Positions 49,495 through 61,757 of a DNA stretch of 64,000 bases are shown one piece after another. Made by a program: the position numbers and the translations under genes. The notes beneath the pieces are model-generated. The model saw only the letters and a list, made by a program, of their open reading frames with translations, was not told the DNA's origin and made no database searches. The stretch spans positions 59,268,485 through 59,332,484 of the forward strand of contig NC_057718.1 in NCBI RefSeq assembly GCF_004010195.1, written 5' to 3'. Source of the stretch: Chiloscyllium plagiosum (lineage: Eukaryota). Each line of letters opens with the position of its first letter. Position 1 is the first letter of the stretch.

Positions 49495-51988
49495 TACAAA
49501 GAACAAAGGACAAAGAAAATTTACAGCCCAGGAACAAGCCCTTCGGCCCTCCAAGCCTGAGCCGATCCAAATCTACTGTCTAAACCTGTCGCCCACTTCC
49601 TAAGCATCTGTCCAGATGCATCTTAAATGAATCTACTGTGCCTGCCTCTAACACCTCTTCTGGCAATGCGTTCCAAACGCCCACCACCCTCTGTGTAAAG
49701 TACTTGCTGCATGTATCCCCCTTAAACTTTCCACCTCTCACCTTGAAAGTGTGACCTCTCGTTGCTGAATCCTTCATCCCTGGGAAAAAACTTGTCTCTA
49801 TCTACCCTGTCTATACCCTTCATGATTTTGTAAACCTCAATCAGGTCCCCCCTCAATCTCCTTTTTTCTAATGAAAACAAACCTAACCTACTCAACCTCT
49901 CTTCATAGCTAGCACCTTCCATACCAGGCAACATCCTTGTAAACCTTCTCTGCACTCTCTCCAAAGTATCCACATCTTTTTGGTAATGTGGAGACCAGAA
50001 CTGTACACAGTATTCTAAATCCGGCTGAACCAATGTCTTGTACAATTTTAACATGACTTGCCAACTCTTATACTCATTGCTCTGTCCAATGAAGGCAAGC
50101 ATACCATATGCCTTCTTAACCACTTTATCCACCTCTGCAGCAAACTTCAGTGTACAAAGAGCCTGCACTCCCAGATCTCTCTGCCCATCAACTTTTCCCA
50201 AGGCTCAAAGTCTGTGAGAAGATTTGTAGCTCGGGTACTCATTGTGGTTCTGTTCGCCAAGCTGGGAATTTGTATTGCAGACGTTTCGTCCCCTGTTTAG
50301 GTGACATCCTCAGTGCTTGGGAGCCTCCTGTGAAGCGCTTCTGTGATCTTTCCTCCGGCATTTGTAGTGGTTTGAATCTGCCGCTTCCGGTTGTCAGTTC
50401 CAGCTGTCCGCTGCAGTGGCCGGTATATTGGGTCCAGGTCGATGTGCTTATTGATTGAATCTGTGGATGAGTGCCATGCCTCTAGGAATTCCCTGGCTGT
50501 TCTCTGTTTGGCTTGTCCTATAATAGTAGTGTTGCCCCAGTCAAATTCATGTTGCTTGTCATCTGCGTGTGTGGCTACTAAGAATAGCTGGTCGTGTTCA
50601 ATTTTCCCAAGGCTCTTCCGTTCATTGTATAATTCGCTTTACAATTAATCTTGCCTAAATGCAACACCTCACATTTGCCTGGATTGAAATCTATCTGTCA
50701 CTTTTCCACCCAACTCTCCAGTCTATCTATATCCTCCTGTATTCCTTGACAGTCCCTTATGCTTTCTGCTACTCCACCAATCTTCGGGTCACCTGCAAAC
50801 TTTCTGATCATATTAACAGTGCCCTCTTCCAGATAATTTATGTATATCACAAACAACAGTGACCCCAACACTGACCCCTGTGGAACACCACTTTTCTCCA
50901 TTTTGAGAAACTCCGTTCAACTACTAGTCTCTGTCTCCTGTTGCTCAACCAGTTCTTTATCCACCTAGCTAGAACACTCTACACACCATGTAACTTCACT
51001 TTCTCCATTAATCTACCATTGGGAACCTTAGCATACACCATAGTAAAGTCCATATATATGACATCAACAGCCCCTCCTTCATCTATCAACTTGGTCACTT
51101 CCGCAAAGAATTCTATTAAATTGGTAGGGCACGATCTCCCCCGCATAAAACCATGTTGCCTATCTCTGATAAGCCCATTCTTTTCTAAATATTAATAGAT
51201 CCTATCCCTCAGTACACTCTCCAGCAACTTTTCCACTACTGCCGTCAGGCTCACTGGTCTGTAGTTACGCGGAATATCCCTACTACCCTTCTTGTACAGG
51301 AGGACAACATGAGCAACCCTCCAGTCCTCTGATACCACACCTGTACATAAGGATGCCACAAAGATATCTGTCAGGGCCCCAGCTATTTCCTCTCTCGCCT
51401 CCCTCAGCAACCTGGGATACACCCCATCTGATCCTGGGGATTTGTCCACCTTAATAACCTCTAGCCTACCCAACACCTCTTCCCTACTTATGTCAACGTG
51501 ATCTAGACTAACTAAACTTCTATCTCTAATCTCAAGATTCATCATGTTCCTCTCCGCAGTGAACACTGATGCAAAGTGATCATTCAGAATCTCACCCATT
51601 CTCTCAGGTTCGACACACAGCCTTCCTTCATTATCCTTTAGTGGACCAATCCTTTCTTTAGTTACCCACTTGCTTCTTATATAAGAATAAAATGCTTTGG
51701 GATTCTGCTTAATTCTGCTTGCTAAAGCTATTTTATGACCCCTTTTAGCCCACTTGATTCCTTGTTTAAGACTTGTCCTACTCTTCCGATATTCCTCCAG
51801 GGCCCATTCTGTTCTTAGCTGCCTAGACCTTATGTACACTTCCCTTTTCCTCTTGGCTAGTTGTACAATTTCTCCTGTCATCCACGGTTCATGAATCTTG
51901 CCCTTGCTAACCTTTGCCTTCAACGGACATGCCTATCCTGCACTATCTTTAACCTATCTTTGAAAGCCTTCCATATATCAAATGTGGC
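49495..51988 (-). mobile_element. CR1 LINE, 5'-truncated, interrupted by a PLE
   Basis: ORFs 51192-51923, 50698-50901 and 49722-50201 carry CR1 RT motifs. Confidence 0.96.
50207..50597 (-). mobile_element. Penelope 3' fragment with an HHR, inserted into CR1
   Basis: Homologous to 13034-13400; near-perfect TSD tcaa(c)ttttcccaaggctc on both sides; HHR GCA-CTGAGGA-T-GTCACC..GGGGAC-GAAA-CGTC-TGC near 50277-50317. Confidence 0.9.
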
Positions 51989-52062
51989 AACTGTACAATT
52001 GATGAAATCACATACTTCAGAACTCCTTTTGGAGGCATGGCATTGACTTCAGTGCCAAGCCA

Positions 52063-52412
52063 CTGGTGGAATGGTGGCTCAGTCCCTTACAGTGCTGCCT
52101 CACAGCTCCAGGCACCTGGGTTCAATGCACCCTCGGGTGTTGGTCTGTTTGGAGTTTGCATGTTCTTCCCCATGTCTGCGTGGGTTTTTCCAAATGTCCT
52201 GGTTTCCTCCCAAAGTCCAAAAATGTGAAGTTTAGGTGGATTGGCCATGCTGAATTGGCAATAGTATCCAGGGATGTGTGGGTTAGTCATGGGAAATGCA
52301 AACTTACAGGAATGAGGGCAGAGTTTGGTCTGGGGTGGAATGCTCTTCGGAGTGTCGATGTAGACTCGATGGGCTGAATGATCTACTTCCACACTATAGG
52401 GATTCTATGATG
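52063..52412 (+). mobile_element. HE1-type V-SINE
   Basis: Head, V-domain and tail present. Confidence 0.88.
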
Positions 52413-52749
52413 CCAACATGCCATACTGTGAGGGCATTATACAACACTTCTTTTGTGATAGCTGTAAATGTCAATGAATTCCTTCATAAGATCCCGCTAT
52501 CTTTCTGGCCTCTACAGATTATCTGCTCATACATCTAATGGTCAGATGTCAAAAGTAGACTATGCTGTAACTGGAATCCTTGTGCCCTTAGTTCAAATGC
52601 AAAGACAGTGCAGGGAGAGACAGCAACTACAATTTTGTCAGCAAATCTGGCAAGAACAGCAATCTCCAGCAGCAGCCACACAATGTCCAGAGGAAGAAGT
52701 ACCAGGTGAGGATCCACCAAATGAGTTGGATAATGAGATCTCTTATTCC

Positions 52750-53560
52750 TGCTGTCATTTTCTTCAATCCTTTGGAAGACAGCACAAGCACTGATTTTTA
52801 ATGGTGTATTAGGCCATTATTTGTGAACGGTCTCACCAACTAGAAGAGGGCTTGTGCTTGGTAGAAATGTGTGGCAATCCCACTCTGTGGCCACCCAGCT
52901 AACAGCTATTACCCTGTATCATTATACCAGTGGCACATTTCAGGGAGCAGCTGGGGCCTATGTGGCATCCCCCAATCCTCCAAGTCAAATGCATCTGGGA
53001 GATCATTGAAGTCATTTTCTCCTAAGCACAACTCTTTATTTCCTTCCACTGTCATGTGAGTTGAACAGCCTGGCTACTGAGACTCTGCATCAATACAGGT
53101 TTCCCCTGGGTCCAGGGCACTGCCAACTTCACCCACATTCCTTTGAGAGTGGCCTATCACCAAATTGCAAAGTTTCTTGAAACAACAAACTTGCCCTTCT
53201 TCAGTCTCCACTTATCTATCACTGATGAAGCTATGTCTTAAAAGTCTGTGGCAGATATCTTGCAAACTGACAGAACTCTTACAGACCTGAACTTGCTGAT
53301 TACTTCATCCTTCCAGGTCCTCAGACCAGGGCTACCCCCTTCAAACGTGGCTCTTGCAAAACCCCCAAACTGTGTACATGGTGCACCTTAGGCTTCATTC
53401 AGATGATGTTTCAATACCTGACCCACTCCAGCAAGTGAAGAGTCTGAAAGGTGTACCACCTCAATGCAGCATGCTGTGCCTTTCACAACTGGAGCCTGGA
53501 CAAAAGAGAAATGAGGAATTGACAGCAATCCTCTCAAAATGAAGATACGGATGAGGATCA
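52750..53560 (+). pseudogene. PIF/Harbinger DDE transposase remnant
   Basis: LCGIPQS near 52960; GFPWVQGTANFTHI (53098-53139) versus the family GFP.V.GAIDCTHI; ACCAFHN near 53470. Confidence 0.75.
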
Positions 53561-54379
53561 GGGCATTGTAGAGGACAACAGAGCATAATGGAAAAATGCA
53601 TTGTCGAACCTAAGAAAGCAGAGAGAACCTCATTGCACTTTACATCCCCAGAGTGAGTCAGCTGGGTATGGACCTGCCCATATTACCAACAGAATTTTAG
53701 ACAATTAAACAGCTAACCTCTGCTTAGTGCAAAGAAAATTTAGGCTGTTATTTTTGCAGATCTTGATCGTTTACAGTGCTGAATAAATGCCTTATTATCC
53801 ATGACATTGTACGCTTGATATCCTTGTATCACCTCATTTTCAAATATCTACACAATATATGTCTTACTGAATGTTAGGGGAAAAAAGCAGTAAGTGAAAC
53901 AGAGTAGCAATATCACATGGTGCAAATGTTAGTTGATCGGAAGGCTTCTGTCAGGATTTCATACCAGAGTATTATACAGTGAAGTCACTCCCAACAGTTA
54001 GCAGATTGAGAGGAGTTCTGAGAATTACCTTTTCATCTTTCCATCATTGGTAAGCCTTGATGTTTTAGAGGATATGCAGATTGCTAAGTTGCTCTGAAGT
54101 GTTTGAGAATCATTTAGGACATTGTCGAACCAGTGAGAATTACTGGAAAAAGCACTGCTGTTTGGTATGTGTCTGAGCTATGGGGGAGAATGGACATGTG
54201 AACTGCCTATTATACATCTTGCAACTTTGAATGGCAGTGTGTTGCCTTGACAGGCTGATAGAATGGAATTTCCCTGCAGAGATGCAGAAATCATCACTAA
54301 TTCTTGAAGAATGTAACAAAGGATAGCAAAACTTTCAACAGGACATTAAAAAGAGAAACTAAAGTGGTCCTCTGCAAAG

Positions 54380-56230
54380 TGAGTATCGGGAGTTAATAGT
54401 ACAATAAAAGGAAATAGTGGATAAAATGAGCAAATATTTCCTTTTGTCCTCAAAACAAAGGGTACATGGAATGTTTGGTATTAACTGTAAATTAGAGGTG
54501 GACATGAGAGAGAAACTTGGTGAAATGACCAGCACAAGAGAAGTGGTGCTGCAGGAACTGATGGAGCTATTTGTGTTATTTTTTCAAAAATTGTTATATT
54601 CCAGAATGGTTGGATAACACTGGAAATTAAGAAGTATAACCCTTCTATTCAAGGTGGGGGAGAGGCAGAAACCATGAAACTTCAGGCAAGTTAGCTTGAT
54701 GTCTATTTTTGGGAAGGTGTTAGAATTGATGGTGAAAGAAATTGCATATCCAGAAAAATTCAAGGTCATTGAAAAGTTTAACAGAATTGAAGAGTGTGGT
54801 GCTGGAAAAACTCAGTCAATCAGGCAGCATTCAAGGAACAGGAGAATCAATGTTTTGGGCATAAAGATTCCTGATGAAGGGTTTATGCCCAAAGCATCTA
54901 TTCTCCTGCTCCTCAGATGCTGTCTGACTGGCTGTGCTTTTCCAGCACCACACTTTTTGACTCTGATCTCCAGCATCTTTGGTGCTCACTTTCTCCCTAA
55001 CATTTAACAGAGTTTGATAAAGGGAAATCATGCTTAATCAATTGTTGGAGTTCCTTGAAGAAGCAACAAATGCCTGAAATAAAGATGAGTCTGTAGAATG
55101 TACTATACTTGGTTTTATAGAAGGCATTTTATAAGGCGGCACATCACAGCTTATTGTAGAAACTGAAAGCTCCTGGTGTAGATGGTAACATATCAGCTTC
55201 ACAGAAGATCGGCCGACTGGCAGAACAAAGTACACAATGTGCCGTTGGCAGATTGGCAGAATATGATGAGTGGAGGAGTTCCATAGGGGTTTGTAAGTTG
55301 TAGGAGCCTCAAGCTTCTACAACTTACATCAATGCTTAGATGAGGGAAGCAAAGAACAGCACCAAGACAGACAAGAAAGTATAGTGTGAAGAACAAATAA
55401 AGTTGCAGATGGATAACTTCACATTTTACTACATTATACTCCATCTGTTGGCAAAAGTCTGGCAGATGGAGGATAATATGTTCAAATGTCAAGTTGTTCA
55501 CTTTGGCAGAAAGAATTAAAAAAACTGAGGATTATTTAACTAGAGAATGACTGCAGAATTCTGCAGAGGTATTTAGGGGTTCTGGTGTATGAATCACCAA
55601 ACACTAGTAAGTACAGCATATAATCATGAAGGTTATTGTGAGCTATCCCTTCATTATTAGAAAGATTGAACATTAAAGTAATGATGTTATACTTAATTTA
55701 TACAGGGCATTGATGATATTGCATCTTGAATACTGTTTGAAATTTCACTTTCCATATTTAAGAAAGAATGGGAATACGTTGGTGGTGATTCAGAAAAGGC
55801 TTAATACATGGATGAGTGAGTTCTTTTATGAGGTTAGGGCTGGTTTCTACTGGAATTTAGAGTGAGGGGCAACTTGCTTGAAGTGGATAATAACCTGAAT
55901 GTTCTTCTTAGGATGGACACAGTAAGGATGTTTATATTTGTGGGTGAATCCACAACAAGGGGACACTACTTTTACTCCAGGGTAGAAATGGGGAGAAATC
56001 TTTTGTCTCAGAGAGTTGTGCAAATCTGGACTGCTACATCACAAGGTGGTGGAAATGGGGGTCAGTATTTTTTAAATATTCAGGGGTGAAGAAATCCTTG
56101 TTAGGTAAGGGAATGAAGAGTTGTTGGGAGTAATGGGAATGTTGAATTTGAAACACAAGCTCATAAACAGCAATCTTATTGTAAAATGTTGAAGCAGACC
56201 GAATGATCTACTCCTGCTCCTATTTTGTGT
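54380..56230 (+). mobile_element. Old CR1 fragment
   Basis: Decayed RT (KGKSCL.N.LEF, WQM..N..KC.VVHFG) and 3' UTR. Confidence 0.8.
54790..54997. mobile_element. Palindromic PLE-derived HHR element
   Basis: Inverted arms; CTGATGA-A-GGGTTTATGCCC with GAAA decayed; flanked by tttaacaga (54777, 55003). Confidence 0.85.
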
Positions 56231-57479
56231 ATTCATATGTTCATAGGGGGAGCCAAGCCTCCCAAGAGGGTCCTGCCCAGATCTAGGCACATCCTCCTCA
56301 AGCTTGGACAACTGCAGACTTTGACATCATGGGCAGGAGTGAGGAGGTGGAGGTCTGGAGCACATCTGCAGTGTCCTCAGAAGAAGCTGCTGGGAGGTGG
56401 GGCATATCTGCCATTCTTCCACCCTGTCTTCCTGAGAGGAAAGAAACCTGGAGTAAGGTTGAGGTCATTTGTCTCCCTCTCACTTTGCTATAGATAGCTA
56501 GACCAATGGTTTATAGGTCAATAAACATATATCCAGCAGACATTAAGCTTTCTGGAGCTGGGTCTCCACAGCAGTCTCCAATCTCTCCAGGACACAGCCA
56601 AACGCATGCATGCAAGACTCAGCAGAGTACTGATAATATTGATAGACCCCCCCCTCTATCCTTTGATCCAGTTTATCAACAGCCTCTGATAAACCTATCT
56701 GCTATTTATGAACTCCTCTGTGCATTTTGATGACATCATTGATGGCCAAGTTTATGTGATCATCATCTTCTGCCAGGAGCTGAGCTGATGCCTGGTCTCT
56801 GGTAGGGTGAGGCACCTGAGGAAGTTTCTTCCTCAGCCAGCTGTAGTGTTGTGTCAGTGAGGTGGTCACAAACATGTGCTCCCAAATCTAATCTAGAAAG
56901 AGTACACACTGAGGTGAAAGTCTCTGAGCTGGTGACTTGTGAAGGATGCAGCTTAAAGTCTTGCCAATGCATTCCCTGAGAGTTCAGTCGTTTCCTCCTT
57001 GAGTTAGAGGTGGAGTTAAGAGTCTCCAATACTAGCTTCCACTTGCTAAAGGTTTACTAAATGTTGTTGGTACCTGCATTAGAGAACAGAGGGAATTAGT
57101 TGTCTAAGAGGGATCAAAATCTGTGTACAGTTACAATGAGATAATACTGGTGATAATGGAAGAACATTGCAGCTCAATGAAGCAAGCTGGAGTCCTTGAG
57201 GTCACTTCAAACCCCCATGAGCAGTTGTGCTGTACTCTGGCTAGATGGACCATTTCTGCTCGCATAGGAGTGAGTTCCCTGATGTCTGCAATTCCCTGTC
57301 AGTCTTGGTCCTCTCAATCTAATTTTGGGACAACTGTTCCTACAATGAGACAAAGCAAGGGACTGAGGATGATCCAAATGGACGGCAGAGCACTCCGTGG
57401 TGATGCAGAAGCAGAAGGTGAAGTGTCCCCAGTGAATTTGTGGGAAGTGCAATGAGCTGTCGGTGTTAGTATGAAAAAT

Positions 57480-59035
57480 TTGGAAGATCTGGCATCACCA
57501 ATGGGAAGAAAGCGGAGCTAATGTTTTGAGTCCGGTGACCCATCAACAGAAATATTAGCAGCTTGGAAAAGCTTGAAGCCAAAATTGGGGGAATGGGTGA
57601 AGGGGAGAGGTGAGTGGATCGATGGAGATGCAGCTCAGAGAAAGAGAGGTAAGAAAGGAGTGGGTAAACATGGAAATTATGGTTAGCAGGCCAGGCCAGA
57701 AGCAAAACTGAATAAGGGATATAAGACCTAAGAGTGAGAAAATGGGTGAGTTGTACTGAATGCAACACATTTCATGTGCTAATGGGCATTGGAGTATGTG
57801 TGGATGAGTGACTGCGCTAAAAGCATGTCATAACAGGACTGGGTGTGGGGGTGGGTAAAAACATGGAAGGGTAGAATCAGGCTCGAAAGTTATCAAACTC
57901 AATGCTGAGTCCTAACGGAAAATAAGATATTGTTCTTCGAGCTTACACTGCAGCAGGTCTGCAACAGAAATGTTGCCATAGGAACATGGTGGTGTGTTGA
58001 AGTGATAGGAAACTTAGGGTCATTTTTGCAGACAGAGTATAGGTGTCCTGCAAAGTGGTCATCCAGCATACACGATGTTGAGGAGATCACATTGTGAACA
58101 ACAAATACAGTACACTAAATTGAATGAAGTGCAGGCAATTAATGCTTCACCTGAAAGGTATGACTGAGGCCTTGGATGGTGAAGAGGGAGGAGGTAAATG
58201 GGCAGGTATTGCACCTTCTGTGATTGCATGGGAAGGTCCTGTGGGAATGTGAGGAGATGTTGTGAATGGAGGAGGAATGGAGGAAGAGAGTGTCCTGACG
58301 GAATGGTCCCTGAAGAATGCTGACAAAGGAGGGGAGGGGAGTAGAATATGTGTCTGGTTGTGGCATCCCACAGGAGCTGATGGAAATGGCTGCTTACAAT
58401 CTTTTGGACATGGGTATTGGGGGGTGGTAAGTGAGGAGGACCAGAGGGACCCTATCTTTGTTGTGGAAGAGATGGGAAAGGGTAAAGTCAGAAGTGTGGG
58501 AGATACATTGAACAGGGCTAAGGGATCTTTTGACCACAATGGCAAGGAATCCTTGATTGAAGAAAAATGAGAAATTTGGACATTTCTGACCCTCCTCCCC
58601 CCCCCCCCCCCCCCCCCCCCCATCACATGGTCCCTCCCCCTGCTGAAGGTGGCTTCATTACAACAGATATGACAGAGGTGGAGAAACTGGGAGAATAGGA
58701 TGGCGTCAAACAGGAAGCAAGGTGTGAGGATGTACTGTTGAGATAACTGTGGGAGTTGTGCATTTGTAATAGAAACAGAGATATCAAGGAAGAGAAGGGA
58801 GGATTTGGAGATGGACCAGGTGAAGGTGAGGCTAGGGTGGAAATTGGAAGCAAAATTTATAAGTTTTTCCAGTTTAGAACAAGAGTAAGGGAAGCAGCAC
58901 CAAAGATGTAATTGATGTATGAGAGAAAGATTTGTGCGGAGGGACCCAAGTAGGAATGGACAATGTTCCACAGGCCCCATTAAGAAACAGGTATAACTGG
59001 GGCCCATGCAGGTACCCATGACTATCCCTTTGATC
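57480..59035 (-). mobile_element. Old Penelope-like element (RT to endonuclease)
   Basis: MGTCMGPSYTCFLMG, INFASNFHPSLTFTWSIS..FLDISV, TFPCNHRRCNTCP linker. Confidence 0.9.
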
Positions 59036-59239
59036 TGAGGCTATGTTAGTGGTTTGGGAGGAAAATGTGAGAGAGAGCCATTGAGTAGACATTGATGCAT
59101 GTAATATTGGGAATTGTAGTTCATGAATCTTGGTGAGAGGCTTGTGCGGTGGCAGAGCGAGAGTGAATGGCAGCCTTGTAAAATGTGACATAGCTGAGAG
59201 AAAATGGTGGCACTTATAATTGCAAAGCACAGAAGATCA

Positions 59240-59431
59240 TTAACCTTCATCCTTCTCTGCAGTGCATTCTGCTTACTGTGGAGCACAACACTGACCCGAG
59301 TTGCTATGATTGTCCAGGGTCCTTTTGGTGGTCCAGAGAAAAAGGTACATTCCTTCTCTCCCCGGCCTGTCCACCAACACCTTCAGCTTCCTATCTGCAA
59401 AGTGGGGAGTAAACTTGCTTTTCTGGGCCAT
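59240..59431 (-). pseudogene. Harbinger-type Myb/SANT-like gene remnant
   Basis: MAQKSKFTPHFADRKLKVLVD resembles the ..P.F.D.EL..LV. start of Myb/SANT-like proteins; paralogue at 7160-7218. Confidence 0.55.
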
Positions 59432-59992
59432 GTCCTCAGTAACAGTGATCATGTGCCACTTGTGCGTAGCATCTGAGGAGCTGTGCAGCTCGGGTGAACA
59501 GCAGGGTGAGCAGTGGCCCATCCCAGCAGTACTGAACATGTCAGCCTTCTCTGCCACATGACTCAACAAAAAGGAGCGGAAGAGACCGTTTGCATAATTG
59601 ATGAGGGAAAGAGTGGAAGCTTGTGAGAGAGAAGTTGCTCTGAGCTACGCTGGGCCAGCTGCTATGAATTGCACTCACTAAAACACATTGACTACAAATG
59701 AGAAAATGCGTCAGTGAGTTTTTCTTTGTGTAATACACAATGCATCTCAAAAACGCCACTCTCTTTTCTCTTTTTTTTTCAATATACTTCAGAACAGGAG
59801 TAAAAAAGAATATGTTTGCTTCATAATGACTTCATGTTGTCACACTAAACGATGTAATCTTACAGCAATGTCAGCTTACATTTATGCAGCATCTTTAATA
59901 TTGTAAAATATATTCAGAAGAACTCTGAAGAAGTTTGGCACTGAGGATCTAAGGCAATATTAGTGGATGCGATCCAATTCTTGGTCAAAGAA

Positions 59993-60126
59993 AAGCAAAA
60001 TACTGCAGATGCTGAAAACCTGAAACAAACTTTCAGAATACTAGTGAACTGAAGAACAGTCACAATGGATTCAAAATAGTAACTCTTTTTCTCCCTTCAC
60101 AGATGATGCCAAACTCTGTGTTTGTC
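59993..60126. mobile_element. Short PLE-end-derived element with a 14-bp TSD
   Basis: TSD tcttggtcaaagaa at 59979-59992 and 60127-60140; CTGAAGA relic near 60049. Confidence 0.7.
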
Positions 60127-60295
60127 TCTTGGTCAAAGAAGTAAGTTTTAAGGAGCATCTTAAATGAGGAGAGGTGTAAAAGTAAAGAGTTTAGGGATAT
60201 GGATGATTGCTGAATTACAGAAATGCACTGTTCCTGGAAAGGTCTGGGACCAGTGGAGATTATAAATATGGAAGACCCACAAAGACATTAGAACG

Positions 60296-60611
60296 CATGG
60301 TGGCTCAGTGGTTAGCACTGCTGCCTCACAGCACCAGGGATCAGGGTTTGATTCCAACCTTGGACTGTCTGTATGGAGTCTGCACATTCTTTCCATGTCT
60401 GCATGGTTTCCTCCGGGTGCTCCGGTTTCCTCTCACAATCCAAAGGCGTGCAGCTTAGGTGAATTGGCCATGCTAAATTGCTCATATTGTTGGGTGCATT
60501 AGGCAGGGGTAAATGTAGGGGAATGGGTCAGGGTGGGTTACTCTTCGGAGTGTTGGTGTGCACTTGTTGGGCCGAAGAGGCTGTTTCTACACTGCAGGAA
60601 GTCTAATCTAA
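60296..60611 (+). mobile_element. HE1 V-SINE
   Basis: Head, V-domain and tail present. Confidence 0.92.
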
Positions 60612-61364
60612 AAAAAAAGATAATTTTAAAATTAATGTCGAACTAAGAGCCAGTGCAATAGAGGGGTGATCAGTGAAAGGGACTTAATGTGATTTAGGAT
60701 ATGGCAAACCGCGCTATGCATAGGCTGAAGCATTTGCAGGGTACAAGTTGAGAGACCGACAAGGTAAACTTTAGAAAAGTTCAATCCATAACCAAGGGCA
60801 CAGGTGAATGTTTATAATGTTCCTCTGTGTCTGATGATTATCACTCAGCAAGGTAATTCTAATGTAATTTGTTCTATTCTTTATTTTAAACAAGCCTTGC
60901 ATTTTTTTTCAGTCCGCTAGACATCTGTGCACAATTTTCTAATTGATTACTGCTCCCCACCCCCCATGGGCAGCAAAGGAACAGGGGAGTAGTTAAAATG
61001 GAGCAGCTTCGTTTCTCACTCTGTTCCTGCTGATTCGCCATTTTAATGCTGCTGGCTTTGGCAGAAAACAAGGGACGAAGTCTCATTATTAAATGTAAAT
61101 AAGGCTTTGATGTAAATGGGACTTTGATAGCAATTTAACCTGTTCCTAACACCTCCATTGACAGTTCACCCAATATGGTTGTCAGGAAACAAGCAAGGCC
61201 TCTTTGATATGTTGAAGGACTGTTTTTAGGGGCATGAGGACTTGCAAAGATTTCCCTTTACAACCTGTAAGGAAAGTGCAGACTACTGCAGACCCTATTC
61301 TCTTCCACATCTACGATGTCTGGATAAAACTTCCACTTCTCAGTGTAGCTTACTGCTATGTTCA

Positions 61365-61478
61365 TGTTTTCTAGTCTATCTGTTCAGAGGTGTTATTACA
61401 CATCTCCAGGAGCAAGTGGTGCTTAAACCTGGGACTCCTGGTCTACAGATAGAGACATTACCACTGCCCCACAAGACC
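61365..61478 (-). mobile_element. Short tRNA-derived SINE, same family as 18227
   Basis: Reverse complement ggtcttgtggggcagtggtaatg..ggtttaagcaccacttgct..ctgaaca. Confidence 0.65.
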
Positions 61479-61757
61479 CTATCAATTATATTAACAAGTC
61501 CCAGCAGTTAATGAAGAGTCCTGAATGGAATTAACTGTTCCTCTTGCCAACCTCACCATCACCAGTTAAAATCCATCCTATTGCTTCATGTTCCTTTTGA
61601 TTCCAGTGGGTCAACTACAAAACCAATATTTTAAAGAATATTACTTGGTTATTATATGTGAGAACGTAGAAATAGTTAATTTCATTAGCTAAAAACAAAC
61701 CATTAACCAGACAGTTAACCATTTTTTAGCTTTAAATTTTGTTAGAATTTCTTTTAC

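Larger units (their letters stand above)
59875..60800 (-). mobile_element. Old L2-like 3' fragment with nested inserts
   Basis: cttacatttatgcagcatcttt start resembles L2/Deu-type 3' ends in reverse. Confidence 0.45.

Noticed and set aside
58597..58621. Poly-C tracts (also near 15800-15817) as functional G-quadruplexes
   Set aside because: Simple homopolymer expansions in or beside repeats, with unreliable length.
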